Assembly (NCBI GenBank): GCA_017431625.1
Contig: JAFRKQ010000031.1
Coordinates: 1 to 52,770 of the forward strand
DNA: 52,770 nt
Direction: 5' to 3'
Source: a bacterium
Lineage (GTDB): Bacteria > Patescibacteriota > Microgenomatia > UBA1400 > PJMF01
Every line of letters starts with the position of its first letter. Positions within the stretch are counted from its first letter, which is position 1. The notes beneath the pieces are model-generated. The model was not told the DNA's origin. It did not search any database and saw nothing but the letters and a program-made list of their open reading frames with translations. Positions 1 through 10,053 of the stretch are shown one piece after another. The position numbers and the translations under genes were made by a program.

Positions 1-291
1 CAAAAAAAGAACTTCAATACTCGTCCTGAGAAAGGACGAAAATTCAATCTTGAGTTGTTGAGCTTGACTTAACTCAACTTGGAGACTTTCGTCTCCAGAA
101 TTAACGGATTTCACTGCTGTTCGTTAATAAACTGATAGTGAAACCCGTCATCAAACGACTTTCCAGCTACCAAATTTATTCCCGATCTCTTGATTTTTGA
201 CAATCAAAAATTTGCTACCTGTTAAAGACCAAAAAATCTTAAGTTGTTTTTAAGATAATTTGTATTTTACCACTAAAAACAAGATTGTCAA
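1..291 (-). promoter_or_regulatory. Strong sigma70 promoter with boxA-like element and structured leader; probable rRNA operon leader running off the left edge
   Basis: Minus strand TTGACA (286-291), 16-bp spacer, TGgTAAAAT (264-272). GTCTTTAACA at 220-229 resembles boxA. Several hairpins follow (e.g. GGAGAC-TTTC-GTCTCC) and there is no ORF. The rRNA itself is not in the window. Confidence 0.55.
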
Positions 292-311
292 GGGGCAATT
301 TGGACCAATTT

Positions 312-1463
312 TTACAAAATCGCTGCCTGCACGGAAAAATCAAGGACCAATCGGCCAAATTTCACGCGAGCATTTTCCAAATCATCCAAATTTCCCTCAA
401 TTACCTGCTGGCTGTCACCCATAATCTGACCCAAATACTCCTGAAATTGAATCACTTCCTCCACCAAATCACGCCAAAAACGACGATCTTCGGGTGGAAT
501 TTCCGCCCCTTCAAAGCGCTTGCCCACCTCAGTGATTAATACCTGAGCTACCTGTCGGTCAAAATCCAGCAAAAGCTCGGCGACTGTTTTTTGCAACTGC
601 CGGGTCTGCCAAACTTCATTTTCAGTCTTGAGGCCAAAAAGAATCTCTCTTGTCGTCTGGTTTTGCCCCACAATGGAACCCAAATGTATGTCAATCCGAT
701 GCAGTTGTTCAATCCCTTGATCTATCAAGTTATTTGTCTGATTGAGCAATGACGTACGCAAGACTGTTGTCGCTCGAATTTCGGCCAATAGTTCTTTATA
801 AGCCTGATTTTGCCGCACCAATTCCTCACCACCTTCATCATCACCACGACCTGCCTCGGCATGAATTTGTTCCAGTTCACGCTGCTCACGACGCTTAAGT
901 TTCGCCAACTTTTTGGTTTTTTCCGCAATTTGCTGCTGCAAAGCCCGCCCTTCATCGACCAAGCTTGACATTTTGTCAATGGTTGCCCGTACCACTTGAT
1001 CAAAAAACTTCGCGCCCGACTCCGGCAATCCTTGGACTTCCATCGAGTTAAACTGCGAAAAATGTTTGGTTAAATAATCAAAAATTTCCAACTGCTTGAG
1101 CTGATATTGACTTTGTTCTTCTTGCAAAGGAGCAAAATTTACCTTTTCCAAGGTTTCGGGATGAGCTGTCAATTGTCGTTCCAAGGCCACAAAACGGCTG
1201 CCCTCACGTGCCTGTTCGATCAAATCTTGCGCCTGCTGGGCCAACATATCGGTATAGGTTTTTTCTTGAAGGTGATTGATCAGCTTTTGTTCTTGAGCTA
1301 GTGTCTCGATATCCACTCGCCCACCAGGCACCGCCACGTCAGGTACGCTTAGACCAATCTCCCGCATGCGCCCCAAAACATTCTCCCGAGCTTGATTGAG
1401 AGTGGCAATCCGAATTTCCAGCTGTTTTTGTTTGGCTAGTTGGCGATAATCTAAAACTGTCAT
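312..1463 (-). CDS. Hypothetical coiled-coil protein
   Basis: 383-aa Q/E/L-rich helical ORF; ATGA overlap with the upstream gene suggests translational coupling. Confidence 0.8.
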   Translation of the reverse strand: MTVLDYRQLAKQKQLEIRIATLNQARENVLGRMREIGLSVPDVAVPGGRVDIETLAQEQKLINHLQEKTYTDMLAQQAQDLIEQAREGSRFVALERQLTAHPETLEKVNFAPLQEEQSQYQLKQLEIFDYLTKHFSQFNSMEVQGLPESGAKFFDQVVRATIDKMSSLVDEGRALQQQIAEKTKKLAKLKRREQRELEQIHAEAGRGDDEGGEELVRQNQAYKELLAEIRATTVLRTSLLNQTNNLIDQGIEQLHRIDIHLGSIVGQNQTTREILFGLKTENEVWQTRQLQKTVAELLLDFDRQVAQVLITEVGKRFEGAEIPPEDRRFWRDLVEEVIQFQEYLGQIMGDSQQVIEGNLDDLENARVKFGRLVLDFSVQAAIL

Positions 1464-3505
1464 GCGACCCTTTGTAATTCATCATGCAAACGCAATAAAG
1501 CCTCGGTTTGTCGGGTTAATTCCTTACTCAAACGTCCATAATCCGCGATAGCTTTGACCCGAGCGTCAGCATTGGCTTCTGCTGCCTGACGCTTCTGAAG
1601 CCACTCGATTTTGGTGTCATGTTTGCTCAAGCGCCGACTCGTGACGGCCTCCAAGCTCGCATAAAACTCTGAGTCCACCTGTCCAGGCGGCAAATCTGGT
1701 GTCTGCCCGTCATGCTTGTCGGCAGCAAATTGCTCCACCGCCAGCAATCTTTCATCAGTCACCGGCGCTTCACCAGCCAGATATTCACCCTGTGGGTCCA
1801 TGATTTGCTCGACCTGCTGGGTCATTACTGGAGTAAAATCTACTGTTTCCAAGCCCCTCAAGGATTCATCAGCGATGTTTTCCTCTGGTACAGACTCAGT
1901 CTCTTGATTAATATTATCACTATTTTCTTGATCAATCAATTCTTTTTTGGTATTTTGATCACTTTCTGTCTCTAAATCATAAATTTTTGGCCAACCATCA
2001 ATATTTTCTTCCACTTGTCCTTGTGACTCTCCAGTTATCTGACCAGAATTTTTTACTGATTCATCAGTATTTTCTGTGATTTCAAAACTATTGTCTATCT
2101 TTACCTCTGGTAACTTTGGCTCAGGCAAAGGTGGTTCACTCGCCACCGGCGCATTTTCTTGAGCCTCACCTACAATTTTCCCTTCATCATCCACCTCAAA
2201 AATTTGTGGTTTTGTGTCCGCGCCACCCTCCTGTACCCGCAGTTGCGACTGATATTGTTGGATGCCATCCACAGTTTCTTTGACAATGTCTTCGGTATCG
2301 GCCCATGATTGCAAGAAATTTTGTCGTTCCTCTTGTGACAAACGTGACAAGCGATCATTGAGCTGGTCAGGAGACAATTTAGAGGCTTCCTCTGGAGTTA
2401 AATGTTCTACCTCGGCCGCTAACCCTTCTTGATTATCAGCGGCATTTACCGTCACTTGACTATCGCTATCAGTTTCAAGCGGGGTAGTGGGTGTCTCCAT
2501 CGCAAAAGTCGGCACCGGAATACCCGTATCATTAACTTCAAAACCTGCCTCATCTTGACTCTGTTCTGGAAGGCGAGTAGTTGTCTCGCCTGTCGCCTCT
2601 GGCGTGACGGTTTCCAGACTAGTGTCGGTACTTTCTGCACTTGCCTCGCCTGGGGCTCCACTATCATTGGTCTCAACTGCAACGCCACCATCAGATACTC
2701 TACCAGCTGGGGCCAATTCCTGTTCACTCGTAGTGTCATTCGTATTTAGCTCAGGAGTTGTCAGCGACGACTCGGCCGGCACGGACTCCACTGCTATCTC
2801 TGGTACTGATTCGATGACCGTCTGCGCGGTATCATTCACCGGCTCAATTGCACTCACCTCTAGTGGCGTAGACGACTCCGGCTCGCTTGTTGCTGGTGCT
2901 GTCGCTTCCAAGGTGTTAAAAGGTGCGTCATCCAAACCATTTGGCAAATTTTGCTCCTGATCAAGCGTCCCAGAAGCTGGTGTCTTGACGGCTTCCAATG
3001 GCGTACCCGTAGACATATCAGCCTCGCCAACCACTGATGAGCCACCGACTGGTAACTCACCTAAGCCCATCGTCATCAAATTTTTGACTTGAGAAAGAGT
3101 TTTAGCTGGATTAACCGGGGCTTTTGGTGTCTCGCTGACCGCTCCTGCCAGCACGTCTGTTGGATTTTCAGCCTGCAAAGCGGCCAGCTTTTGGTCAAAA
3201 AGTGCCTCCAACTCTGGATTAATCTGTACTGGTGGCAAGTCATCAACCTCATTTGTCTGTGACTTATCAAAAAGAAAACCCTCACTCTGGCGCATAGTGT
3301 CGATCAAAGCCTGATTCTCTTCTTGCCCCCGGGTATCACGACCTCTGGTCACGCCGCCCATGATCTGCTTAAGCTGCGCAAAAGTTTTTTCTTTCATTCT
3401 GGGGAAGAAAACCGTCGCAGCCTCAGATTTGGGTAAAATCACTGGATCAGGAGCGTTACCCGCGGCAATGGTCTCTGGTAGGCTATATTCTGTATTCACC
3501 GGCAT
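1460..3505 (-). CDS. Large acidic, low-complexity (E/T/P/S-rich) hypothetical protein
   Basis: Long ORF; start moved to ATG 3505 (MPVNTEY), which follows a TGtTACAAT extended -10 at 3515-3523. Confidence 0.8.
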   Translation of the reverse strand: MPVNTEYSLPETIAAGNAPDPVILPKSEAATVFFPRMKEKTFAQLKQIMGGVTRGRDTRGQEENQALIDTMRQSEGFLFDKSQTNEVDDLPPVQINPELEALFDQKLAALQAENPTDVLAGAVSETPKAPVNPAKTLSQVKNLMTMGLGELPVGGSSVVGEADMSTGTPLEAVKTPASGTLDQEQNLPNGLDDAPFNTLEATAPATSEPESSTPLEVSAIEPVNDTAQTVIESVPEIAVESVPAESSLTTPELNTNDTTSEQELAPAGRVSDGGVAVETNDSGAPGEASAESTDTSLETVTPEATGETTTRLPEQSQDEAGFEVNDTGIPVPTFAMETPTTPLETDSDSQVTVNAADNQEGLAAEVEHLTPEEASKLSPDQLNDRLSRLSQEERQNFLQSWADTEDIVKETVDGIQQYQSQLRVQEGGADTKPQIFEVDDEGKIVGEAQENAPVASEPPLPEPKLPEVKIDNSFEITENTDESVKNSGQITGESQGQVEENIDGWPKIYDLETESDQNTKKELIDQENSDNINQETESVPEENIADESLRGLETVDFTPVMTQQVEQIMDPQGEYLAGEAPVTDERLLAVEQFAADKHDGQTPDLPPGQVDSEFYASLEAVTSRRLSKHDTKIEWLQKRQAAEANADARVKAIADYGRLSKELTRQTEALLRLHDELQRVA

Positions 3506-3819
3506 TAGACCCACATTGTAACATAAAAGCATTTTTTAGGCAATCACTCAAACTATACCAATTTAATCTGCAGAATATATTTTGTGTTTTTTCGTACGCC
3601 TGTTGTACTCACAATGACATTTTTTGTAAATTTTATTGTTAAATAAATTATTTTTTGTACTGACATTGTACTGACAAAAAATATTTTCGTATTTTAATCG
3701 TATTTTTTATTACCAAATAACCATTTTTGGGTTATCACTGGTTTCCAAACTTCATGCCAGCTCACAGCTGTAATTGATCACCTGGTAGCGCTGGCCGATC
3801 TGTGTTACAATATGGGTGC

Positions 3820-4848
3820 ATGTACAAATGGGTAATAAGCCTTATCATACTGGCAACACTGGGGATTGGTCGCGCCTTAGCGCAAGAAGTGAGACCGCCT
3901 GCTCTAGGAGTCCACATCCTTCATCCTGGCGAAATCACTGATGCGGCCGCCCTGATCAAAACCGAAGCCAATCGCGATCAATGGACTTATGTGACTCTCC
4001 CACTTTCACTTGATGACCTTGAGCGACACGATGAATGGCAAGCGGCTTTCACCGAGGCGAAAAAACACCGGATCAATCCTATTGTTCGGCTCACCTCGCG
4101 CTTTGACCCCCAACTCAATGCTTGGAGTGTACCCACCCGGGGTGAAATTATTCAGCTTTTCCACTTCCTTTCTAGGCTCGAATGGCCTCAAGACGCTAAA
4201 TTTATTATCGCGTTTAATGAACCCAATCATGCCAGCGAGTGGGGTGGTCAGCTTGATCCCGCGGGCTACGCGAAGGTCTTAAACTTTATTACTCACTGGG
4301 CCCACACCGAGCATTATGGTTATCGTGTCCTGCCAGCGGCCATGGACCTCGCTGCCCCCAATGGCCCTGACACCATGGAGGCTTTTGGCTTTTTGGACGG
4401 CATGCTCGCCGCCAATCCTCACGTTTTTGATAATATTGACTATTGGAATTCTCACTCTTACCCCAATCCTGCTTTTAGTGCCAGCCCTGAGCGCACGGGA
4501 CAAAACTCTTTGCGTGGCTACCAGTATGAGCTTGCCTGGCTGCAAGAAAAAACCGGCTTGACGCGCTTTGTTTTCATCACGGAGACCGGCTGGGATGACA
4601 ACCGCGCTACCAATAGTCATTTGGCTAGCTGGTACGCTATCGCTCGCGAGCAAATCTGGTCAGATACCAGGATCCTGGGCGTCACTCCCTTCGTCCTGCG
4701 TGGCGACCCCGGGCCATTTGCTGGTTTCACATTGATTGATCGCAATAATTTTGCTACAACGCAATACGAGGCCTACGCGGCCCAAATTGACCTCAATGCG
4801 CAAAATTATCGCCGATACATCGAGTCTTTCCAGGTACCGAAGTTTTAG
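3820..4848 (+). CDS. Secreted clan GH-A glycoside hydrolase (TIM barrel)
   Basis: Signal peptide (MYKWVISLIILATLGIGRALA); acid/base motif FNEPN, HSYP, nucleophile motif FITETGW. Confidence 0.8.
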   Translation: MYKWVISLIILATLGIGRALAQEVRPPALGVHILHPGEITDAAALIKTEANRDQWTYVTLPLSLDDLERHDEWQAAFTEAKKHRINPIVRLTSRFDPQLNAWSVPTRGEIIQLFHFLSRLEWPQDAKFIIAFNEPNHASEWGGQLDPAGYAKVLNFITHWAHTEHYGYRVLPAAMDLAAPNGPDTMEAFGFLDGMLAANPHVFDNIDYWNSHSYPNPAFSASPERTGQNSLRGYQYELAWLQEKTGLTRFVFITETGWDDNRATNSHLASWYAIAREQIWSDTRILGVTPFVLRGDPGPFAGFTLIDRNNFATTQYEAYAAQIDLNAQNYRRYIESFQVPKF

Positions 4849-4858
4849 GAAAGCGATC

Positions 4859-4887
4859 TTGACATAAATAGATAATTATGTTATAAT
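4859..4887 (+). promoter_or_regulatory. Consensus sigma70 promoter with palindromic operator of the TA operon
   Basis: TTGACA(4859-4864)-N17-TATAAT(4882-4887); inverted repeat ACATAA-N8-TTATGT at 4862-4881. Confidence 0.7.
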
Positions 4888-4895
4888 GTGACCGT

Positions 4896-5114
4896 ATGTC
4901 GTCAACTAAAAAATCATTACAAAAGCGCCGATCAGTGACATCTCTGGCTGAGAGTCGTTACTCCTCGGCAATAAAAACTCTTCATCTTGATAGTAAATTT
5001 AGCCGTGCTTTGGATGAGCTACGACATCAATATGCTGGTCGTGTACCCGGACTGGAAACCTACGAAGACGCTCTCCAAGCCGTCATGGAAATTCGTTACC
5101 CACATAATTCATGA
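4896..5114 (+). CDS. Putative antitoxin
   Basis: 72-aa ORF with ATGA overlap into a PIN-domain gene. Confidence 0.6.
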   Translation: MSSTKKSLQKRRSVTSLAESRYSSAIKTLHLDSKFSRALDELRHQYAGRVPGLETYEDALQAVMEIRYPHNS

Positions 5115-5530
5115 AAGTGTTAGTAGACACTAATATTTTGGTTTCTGCGGTTTTTAATCACCAGACCGCTCTTTCTGCAACTCTCAAATATGTGAATAAA
5201 TATCACCAAATATATTTAACTACACAAATCATAGAAGAACTCTTTGATGTCGTGTCCAGAAAATTACTCAATCGTCTTCAAACAGCAATTATTCTTTTAC
5301 ACAACTTAAATTACATTCTTTTAGATTCATCAAGTGCTGAAAACATACAAACTATTCGTGATGCAACTGACCAACCAATTATCAACGCTGCTATTGAGGC
5401 CAATGTTGATATTATTTTTACTGGTGATCAGGATTTTTTAAGTCTACAATTAGCTCAACCACAATGCTTAGATATTAAAGGTATGATCGCTATATTCCCA
5501 GAACTACAGATATTTTTACCCCAAGAATAG
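5111..5530 (+). CDS. PIN-domain (VapC-like) toxin
   Basis: MKVLVDTNILVSA...EEL...RDATDQPII..A..A..DIIFTGDQDFL motifs; AT-rich relative to neighbours. Confidence 0.9.
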   Translation: MKVLVDTNILVSAVFNHQTALSATLKYVNKYHQIYLTTQIIEELFDVVSRKLLNRLQTAIILLHNLNYILLDSSSAENIQTIRDATDQPIINAAIEANVDIIFTGDQDFLSLQLAQPQCLDIKGMIAIFPELQIFLPQE

Positions 5531-5571
5531 TTAAGTTGCGCACCCGCGTCATGCAAAATGACACAAAAAAA

Positions 5572-5641
5572 TCTTTGCCCGCGCTCGATAGAGCGCGGGC
5601 AAAGAACGAAACGAAATAAAAAAAGTATTAAGACTGCAAAG
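5572..5641 (-). terminator. Conserved cassette 3' trailer and 15-bp GC hairpin (copy A)
   Basis: After the stop: CTTTGCAGTCT..TTATTTCGTTTCGT, then TCTTTGCCCGCGCTC-4nt-GAGCGCGGGCAAAGA followed by a U tract. Confidence 0.8.
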
Positions 5642-6757
5642 TTAATTAAGCCGAGTGATGCGGGCAGCACCATGGCCAATTTTGGCACAATCAGCAGTAG
5701 GCACTTCTTGCGCACAAGTATTACTAATAGTGAGCGTGGCGCTGTCAGTTGACTCCGGACATTCATGACAAGTCATATGTTTAGTGACATCACCAAGACT
5801 AATAAGATTGGACGAGCCAATATACCCAGAGCCGCCACCACCGGAAGTATAAGCCGAGCCACCCCCACCATACCAACCACCACCGCCACCAGCGCCGTCT
5901 TCAGAAATAGGATAGCCATTGCCTCCTTGACCAAAGACACCTGATGGTTGACCAGCATTAGTGCAAGCATGCGGATTACCGGTCACCCCACCGGCCGTCT
6001 GGCTACCACCGATAGCACCGCATTCAGGTCTACCGGTCACAATCGGCGATACCCCCTGATAGCCACCACCGCTGGCACCGTAGCTAACATAAGAGATACC
6101 ATTGCCGGCGCCACCACCAGCAACAACAAGAATTTCCCGAGAAATATTCAAGCCAGCAGTATCTTTATATGCAGACAAAGTACTTAAAACTCCGGGTACA
6201 GTCGCGATGTGAGTCGCCCCACCACCAGAGCCTTCTTTTCTGGTTTTGTTTAAACTTGGAAAAGTATTGCCCCGACCATATGCCGCTCCACCACCATTGT
6301 AAGTAATCGGAGCAAAAAACTCGCTGCCAGGGATATTGCCGCCAACACCAATGCCAGCCTCACCCACTACTACCCAAAAAGCACTACTGTTCTCTGGCAC
6401 AAACACACCAGTAGCATAACCGCCATAGCCACCCCGACCAGCGCTACCAGGACCTCCCTGTGCACCCCACACCTCCAACTGATAAGTGCTCCCGGCGCAA
6501 GTGAAAAATTTTTGCTGGCCACCTGTATACTCAAATGTCTTGCTCTCGCCAATCTCTAACTCATCGCAGGCTGGTCGCATTGCTATGTACTGATTGGTAC
6601 CCACCTTCACAAACTGAAACTCCCCCAATTGGACGATTTTGCCAACCGGCACATCTTTAGGTTTCATGGTTTTATTGCCAGAAGCCGCTTGACTGACTGT
6701 CACCATCAGGATAAGAAAAATTGCCAGCAAAAAGATCCGCCCAAATACTCTGGACAT
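5642..6757 (-). CDS. Secreted glycine-rich domain protein (cassette A)
   Basis: Signal peptide; shared AASGNKT..FVKVGTNQY module; LEVWGAQGG, GGGATHIA, LVVAGGGAG, GGGGGWYGGG, GHGAARIT motifs; SD GAAAGG. Confidence 0.9.
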   Translation of the reverse strand: MSRVFGRIFLLAIFLILMVTVSQAASGNKTMKPKDVPVGKIVQLGEFQFVKVGTNQYIAMRPACDELEIGESKTFEYTGGQQKFFTCAGSTYQLEVWGAQGGPGSAGRGGYGGYATGVFVPENSSAFWVVVGEAGIGVGGNIPGSEFFAPITYNGGGAAYGRGNTFPSLNKTRKEGSGGGATHIATVPGVLSTLSAYKDTAGLNISREILVVAGGGAGNGISYVSYGASGGGYQGVSPIVTGRPECGAIGGSQTAGGVTGNPHACTNAGQPSGVFGQGGNGYPISEDGAGGGGGWYGGGGSAYTSGGGGSGYIGSSNLISLGDVTKHMTCHECPESTDSATLTISNTCAQEVPTADCAKIGHGAARITRLN

Positions 6758-7052
6758 GGTTTCCTTTCGTCTTGTCTATGTATTCCGGGTTGGTCGCCTC
6801 CACTTTTAGTAGCTACTAAAAGTGGGCGATACAAGAACTGTCGTTCTCCCGGTGACCTAACTAATACACAGAGGTAGAAAGGAAAAATTATGCACTAGAA
6901 CCGGGTAAAGTATCTCCCACTTTATCGCGTGCACAATTCCAAAGCTTCTTCATCTCTGCTCCGTTGTCCAAGGACTCAGCAACAACCAACTTGTCATTCA
7001 TCCTCAAAATTTCACTCAGACTCCTTTCTCTACTCCTGTATAAGTTAGGTCA
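6758..7052 (-). ncRNA. Putative structured 5' leader RNA of cassette A (~295 nt)
   Basis: ~31-nt imperfect inverted repeat 6853-6883 / 7022-7052 starting 6 nt after TATAAT (7059-7064); perfect 26-bp palindrome at 6800-6825; further hairpins. Confidence 0.6.
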
Positions 7053-7092
7053 ACAATCATTATATCATGGTTTTCACTTTTTGAGAAAGCAC

Positions 7093-7208
7093 TTTTACCG
7101 CATTTTTTGCGCGAATAATTGGTAATCACTTGTACGCCTCCTGGACTCACAAGATAAAATTACACCTATCAATCAAGATATTTTTGTACGCCTTTGAGGC
7201 TCACAAAA
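7093..7208. repeat. Dispersed repeat family 2, full 116-bp copy
   Basis: Aligns without gaps to 18864-18979; ends in TTTTGTACGCCTTTGAGGCTCACAAAA. Confidence 0.85.
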
Positions 7209-7211
7209 GAC

Positions 7212-8579
7212 TCACCCCACCAGCGTGCCGGCGGGTACACGCGCGTCCACCTCAAAACGTTGGGGCGCCGCTCCTGGCACTTCCACGGCCAAAATCATCC
7301 CCTCACTGACACTCTCGCCCATCTTGCGCGGCGGAATATTGGTGACGTAGACCAAATTCTTGCCGGTGAAGTCCTCTGGCGTATACCAGGCGCGCAGCGC
7401 CGAACAAATCGTGCGCGTACCCAAGGGACCAAAGTCAATCGTCTGGACAATGAGTTTATTGCTCCACGCCGGCGCTTCAGCCTTGAGCACGTGACCCACT
7501 CGCAGCTCCAGCTTGAGAAAATCATCAAAACTCACCACCGGACGCGCCTCGCCCAACATCCTTTCGGGCGAGACAAAATCCGCGCTCAGCCCCAAGGCCG
7601 CTTTGGCTTTGGCTACGGTCATATTGGCGACCAGCCGTGCCCGCGCCGCGCCATCATTCAGGATTTTTTGCACCTCCAGCGGATGCGCTTGCAAATACGC
7701 ATACCGCTCCCGGATCGGGGCAAAAAACTTCTGATGCGCCGCCAGCAGCTTTTGTTTGACCTCCACGTCGCCCACCGTGCCCGCCTGATAGCGCGCTTTC
7801 AAAGCCTCCACTTCATCCTTGTCGTCATTCCACAGCTGGTGATAAAGAAAAATTGGGTTGCCCTCCACATGCCCGGGATCAGTCGCCTTTTGGCGTGTGG
7901 GATCAGTATAGCAGCTCATGATTTGCTTTTCAATGATTTTATAGTCGTCAAAAATCCCAATGATATTGCCCAAAGACTTACTCATTTTGCGCTCGCCATC
8001 AGTGCCAATAATTTTGCCAATACTTTTGTCAATCAGCGGTTGTGGCAGTTTAAAAACTTTTTTTCCAGTTTTTTTATTAAAATTCTCTGCGATGTCACGG
8101 GCTATTTCCAAATGTTGCTTTTGGTCTACCCCCACTGGCACTCCGTCAGCATTGTAAGCCAAAATGTCCGCTGCCATCAAAATCGGATAATTAAAAAGCC
8201 CCATGTTAATATTGTCGGTGTCCACGCCTTTTTCCAATTTGTCTTTGTAAGCGTGCATGCGCTTCATCTGTCCCAAACCCACAAAATTGGTCAAGATTGT
8301 CTCTAGCTCACAATGAGCCGACACCTGTGATTGACGAAAAAAAACGAAATTGTCGCCCTCAATCCCACAAGCCAAATACTGCAACACTACATTTTGGATA
8401 TTGTGAGCCAGTACCTTGGCGTCTTGGATCGTCGTGAGCGCGTGTAAATCCGAAACAAAACAATAAACCTGCACTTCTGCTTGTCCTTGCTGCACCAGTG
8501 GCCGCAGCGCCCCAAAATAATTACCAATGTGTAAGTTGTCACCGCTAGGCGTCACGCCCGTCAAAATCGTCTTGCTCAT
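7212..8579 (-). CDS. trpS: Tryptophanyl-tRNA synthetase with C-terminal OB-fold tRNA-binding domain
   Basis: TGVTPSG, HIGN, YPILMAADIL, PVGVDQKQH, KMSKS; C-terminal FDDFLKLELRVG...NIPPRKMG..SEGMILA. Confidence 0.95.
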   Translation of the reverse strand: MSKTILTGVTPSGDNLHIGNYFGALRPLVQQGQAEVQVYCFVSDLHALTTIQDAKVLAHNIQNVVLQYLACGIEGDNFVFFRQSQVSAHCELETILTNFVGLGQMKRMHAYKDKLEKGVDTDNINMGLFNYPILMAADILAYNADGVPVGVDQKQHLEIARDIAENFNKKTGKKVFKLPQPLIDKSIGKIIGTDGERKMSKSLGNIIGIFDDYKIIEKQIMSCYTDPTRQKATDPGHVEGNPIFLYHQLWNDDKDEVEALKARYQAGTVGDVEVKQKLLAAHQKFFAPIRERYAYLQAHPLEVQKILNDGAARARLVANMTVAKAKAALGLSADFVSPERMLGEARPVVSFDDFLKLELRVGHVLKAEAPAWSNKLIVQTIDFGPLGTRTICSALRAWYTPEDFTGKNLVYVTNIPPRKMGESVSEGMILAVEVPGAAPQRFEVDARVPAGTLVG

Positions 8580-8601
8580 ATGGGCTATTGTAACACAAAA
8601 A

Positions 8602-9747
8602 CTATCTGCTGGAGCCAGCAAATTGGGTGGAGTTTTGTGATCGCAAATATCGGTAAGAAACCAGCAATAATAACCCCAAATACCAATAAGTACCAGTAGA
8701 AATCAGCCACGCCGGTATTCGCTGACTCACTACATTGGCATTGTCAAAATGTAATTGCAATAGTAGCCAGGAAATTCCCAGCCACCACCACTGACGATCA
8801 AAACTTAAAATCGCCACCGGATACAGATACACCATATAATGCGGCCAAATCGGTGCGCGTGCCATCAAACCTATCACCAAAAGCATCAAAGGCGGTATAA
8901 CTGTCAATTTTCGCTCACGCCACGACCAAAAAAGCCACCATCCATACCACCAGCCGGCCCAGGCCAAAGCCACCCATTCCCACAGACTACTGGCCCCAGC
9001 CAATCTCGCCAAAGCCGATGACAATGATTGATCATAATAATTGTCCGCACTCACACCATAAATATTGAGCGTGGGTGCCACCCGTGTTGCGTATTGCCAA
9101 CTCAAAGCCGGGGTTAAAAGTGAGTACACCGCTGTCGCGACCATAAATGCACAAACTACTCGCCACTGTTTTTTGACCACAAAATAGGGCACCATAAAAA
9201 TCGGCATGACTTTCAGTCCTGTCGCCAAAGCCAAAAATATCCCCGCCAAAACGGACTTTTGCCGCCACTGCCAACAGTAAAGTGCTAGCATCACCAAAAA
9301 TATCACTAGCAGATTGATCTGCCCCATCCCCAGATTAAACTTAAAACTAAAAGTCTGCATCCCCAAGGCTGTCACTACCGCCCACCGTGCCCACGTGACC
9401 GGCCGATCAAGAAGGCTTAATGTCAAATAAATCATCGCGCCAAAAAAGACATAACCACTCAACACCCACACGCCGACTGCCACGTCACGAGGCACATAAG
9501 TCAAAGGTCGCATCAACACTAGCGCCAGTGGAGGATAAAAAAATGATAAAGCCGGCCCATAGCCCAAATCTTGATAAGGATCCCCACCCTCACGCCATAC
9601 CCGCGCCGCCTGCAAATAAATATCCACATCCAAGGGCCACTGAGTAGGTTTGAGGGTAGCAAAAACTTTAGTGGTCTGTCCAACACTCAGCACTAACAGA
9701 AAGGTTGCAATTATTTCTCGCCAGCTATTTTTGAGTCTTTGCCACAT
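8602..9747 (-). CDS. GT87/DUF2029-type membrane glycosyltransferase
   Basis: DVDIYLQAA...GGDPY...FFYPP, GQIN, LATGLKVMP, WPHY motifs; many TM segments; start reset to MWQRLK. Confidence 0.85.
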   Translation of the reverse strand: MWQRLKNSWREIIATFLLVLSVGQTTKVFATLKPTQWPLDVDIYLQAARVWREGGDPYQDLGYGPALSFFYPPLALVLMRPLTYVPRDVAVGVWVLSGYVFFGAMIYLTLSLLDRPVTWARWAVVTALGMQTFSFKFNLGMGQINLLVIFLVMLALYCWQWRQKSVLAGIFLALATGLKVMPIFMVPYFVVKKQWRVVCAFMVATAVYSLLTPALSWQYATRVAPTLNIYGVSADNYYDQSLSSALARLAGASSLWEWVALAWAGWWYGWWLFWSWRERKLTVIPPLMLLVIGLMARAPIWPHYMVYLYPVAILSFDRQWWWLGISWLLLQLHFDNANVVSQRIPAWLISTGTYWYLGLLLLVSYRYLRSQNSTQFAGSSR

Positions 9748-9880
9748 GACGCGTATTATATCACACGCAAATGAACCACACTCCAGCAATCACAATTATT
9801 TGTTCTCAAATTGTACAAATTTTTTATACAATAATTACCAGCCTTGTGTACACAATTTTTACTCAATATTTCGACTAATT

Positions 9881-9922
9881 TGTTAAACATTTGTTAAACG
9901 AATGTTTAACAAATATTAAACG
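9881..9922. repeat. 11-bp-phased TGTTWAACA array (4 units)
   Basis: Units start at 9881, 9892, 9903, 9914. Confidence 0.85.
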
Positions 9923-10053
9923 TCTATATCTGGTTTTAAATAACACACAAAATACACAAATTTACAGACAAAAAACATAAAATAATTTTACGAGTCTAAG
10001 CACAAAAAATAAAGTGCCTTTTGAGCACAAATTTTGTATAATTTTGACAAGAA

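Noticed and set aside
7194-8306. 370-aa plus-strand ORF (also 10979..11764 and 28211..28960)
   Set aside because: Antisense shadows of trpS, ctpA and thrS with no protein-like motifs.
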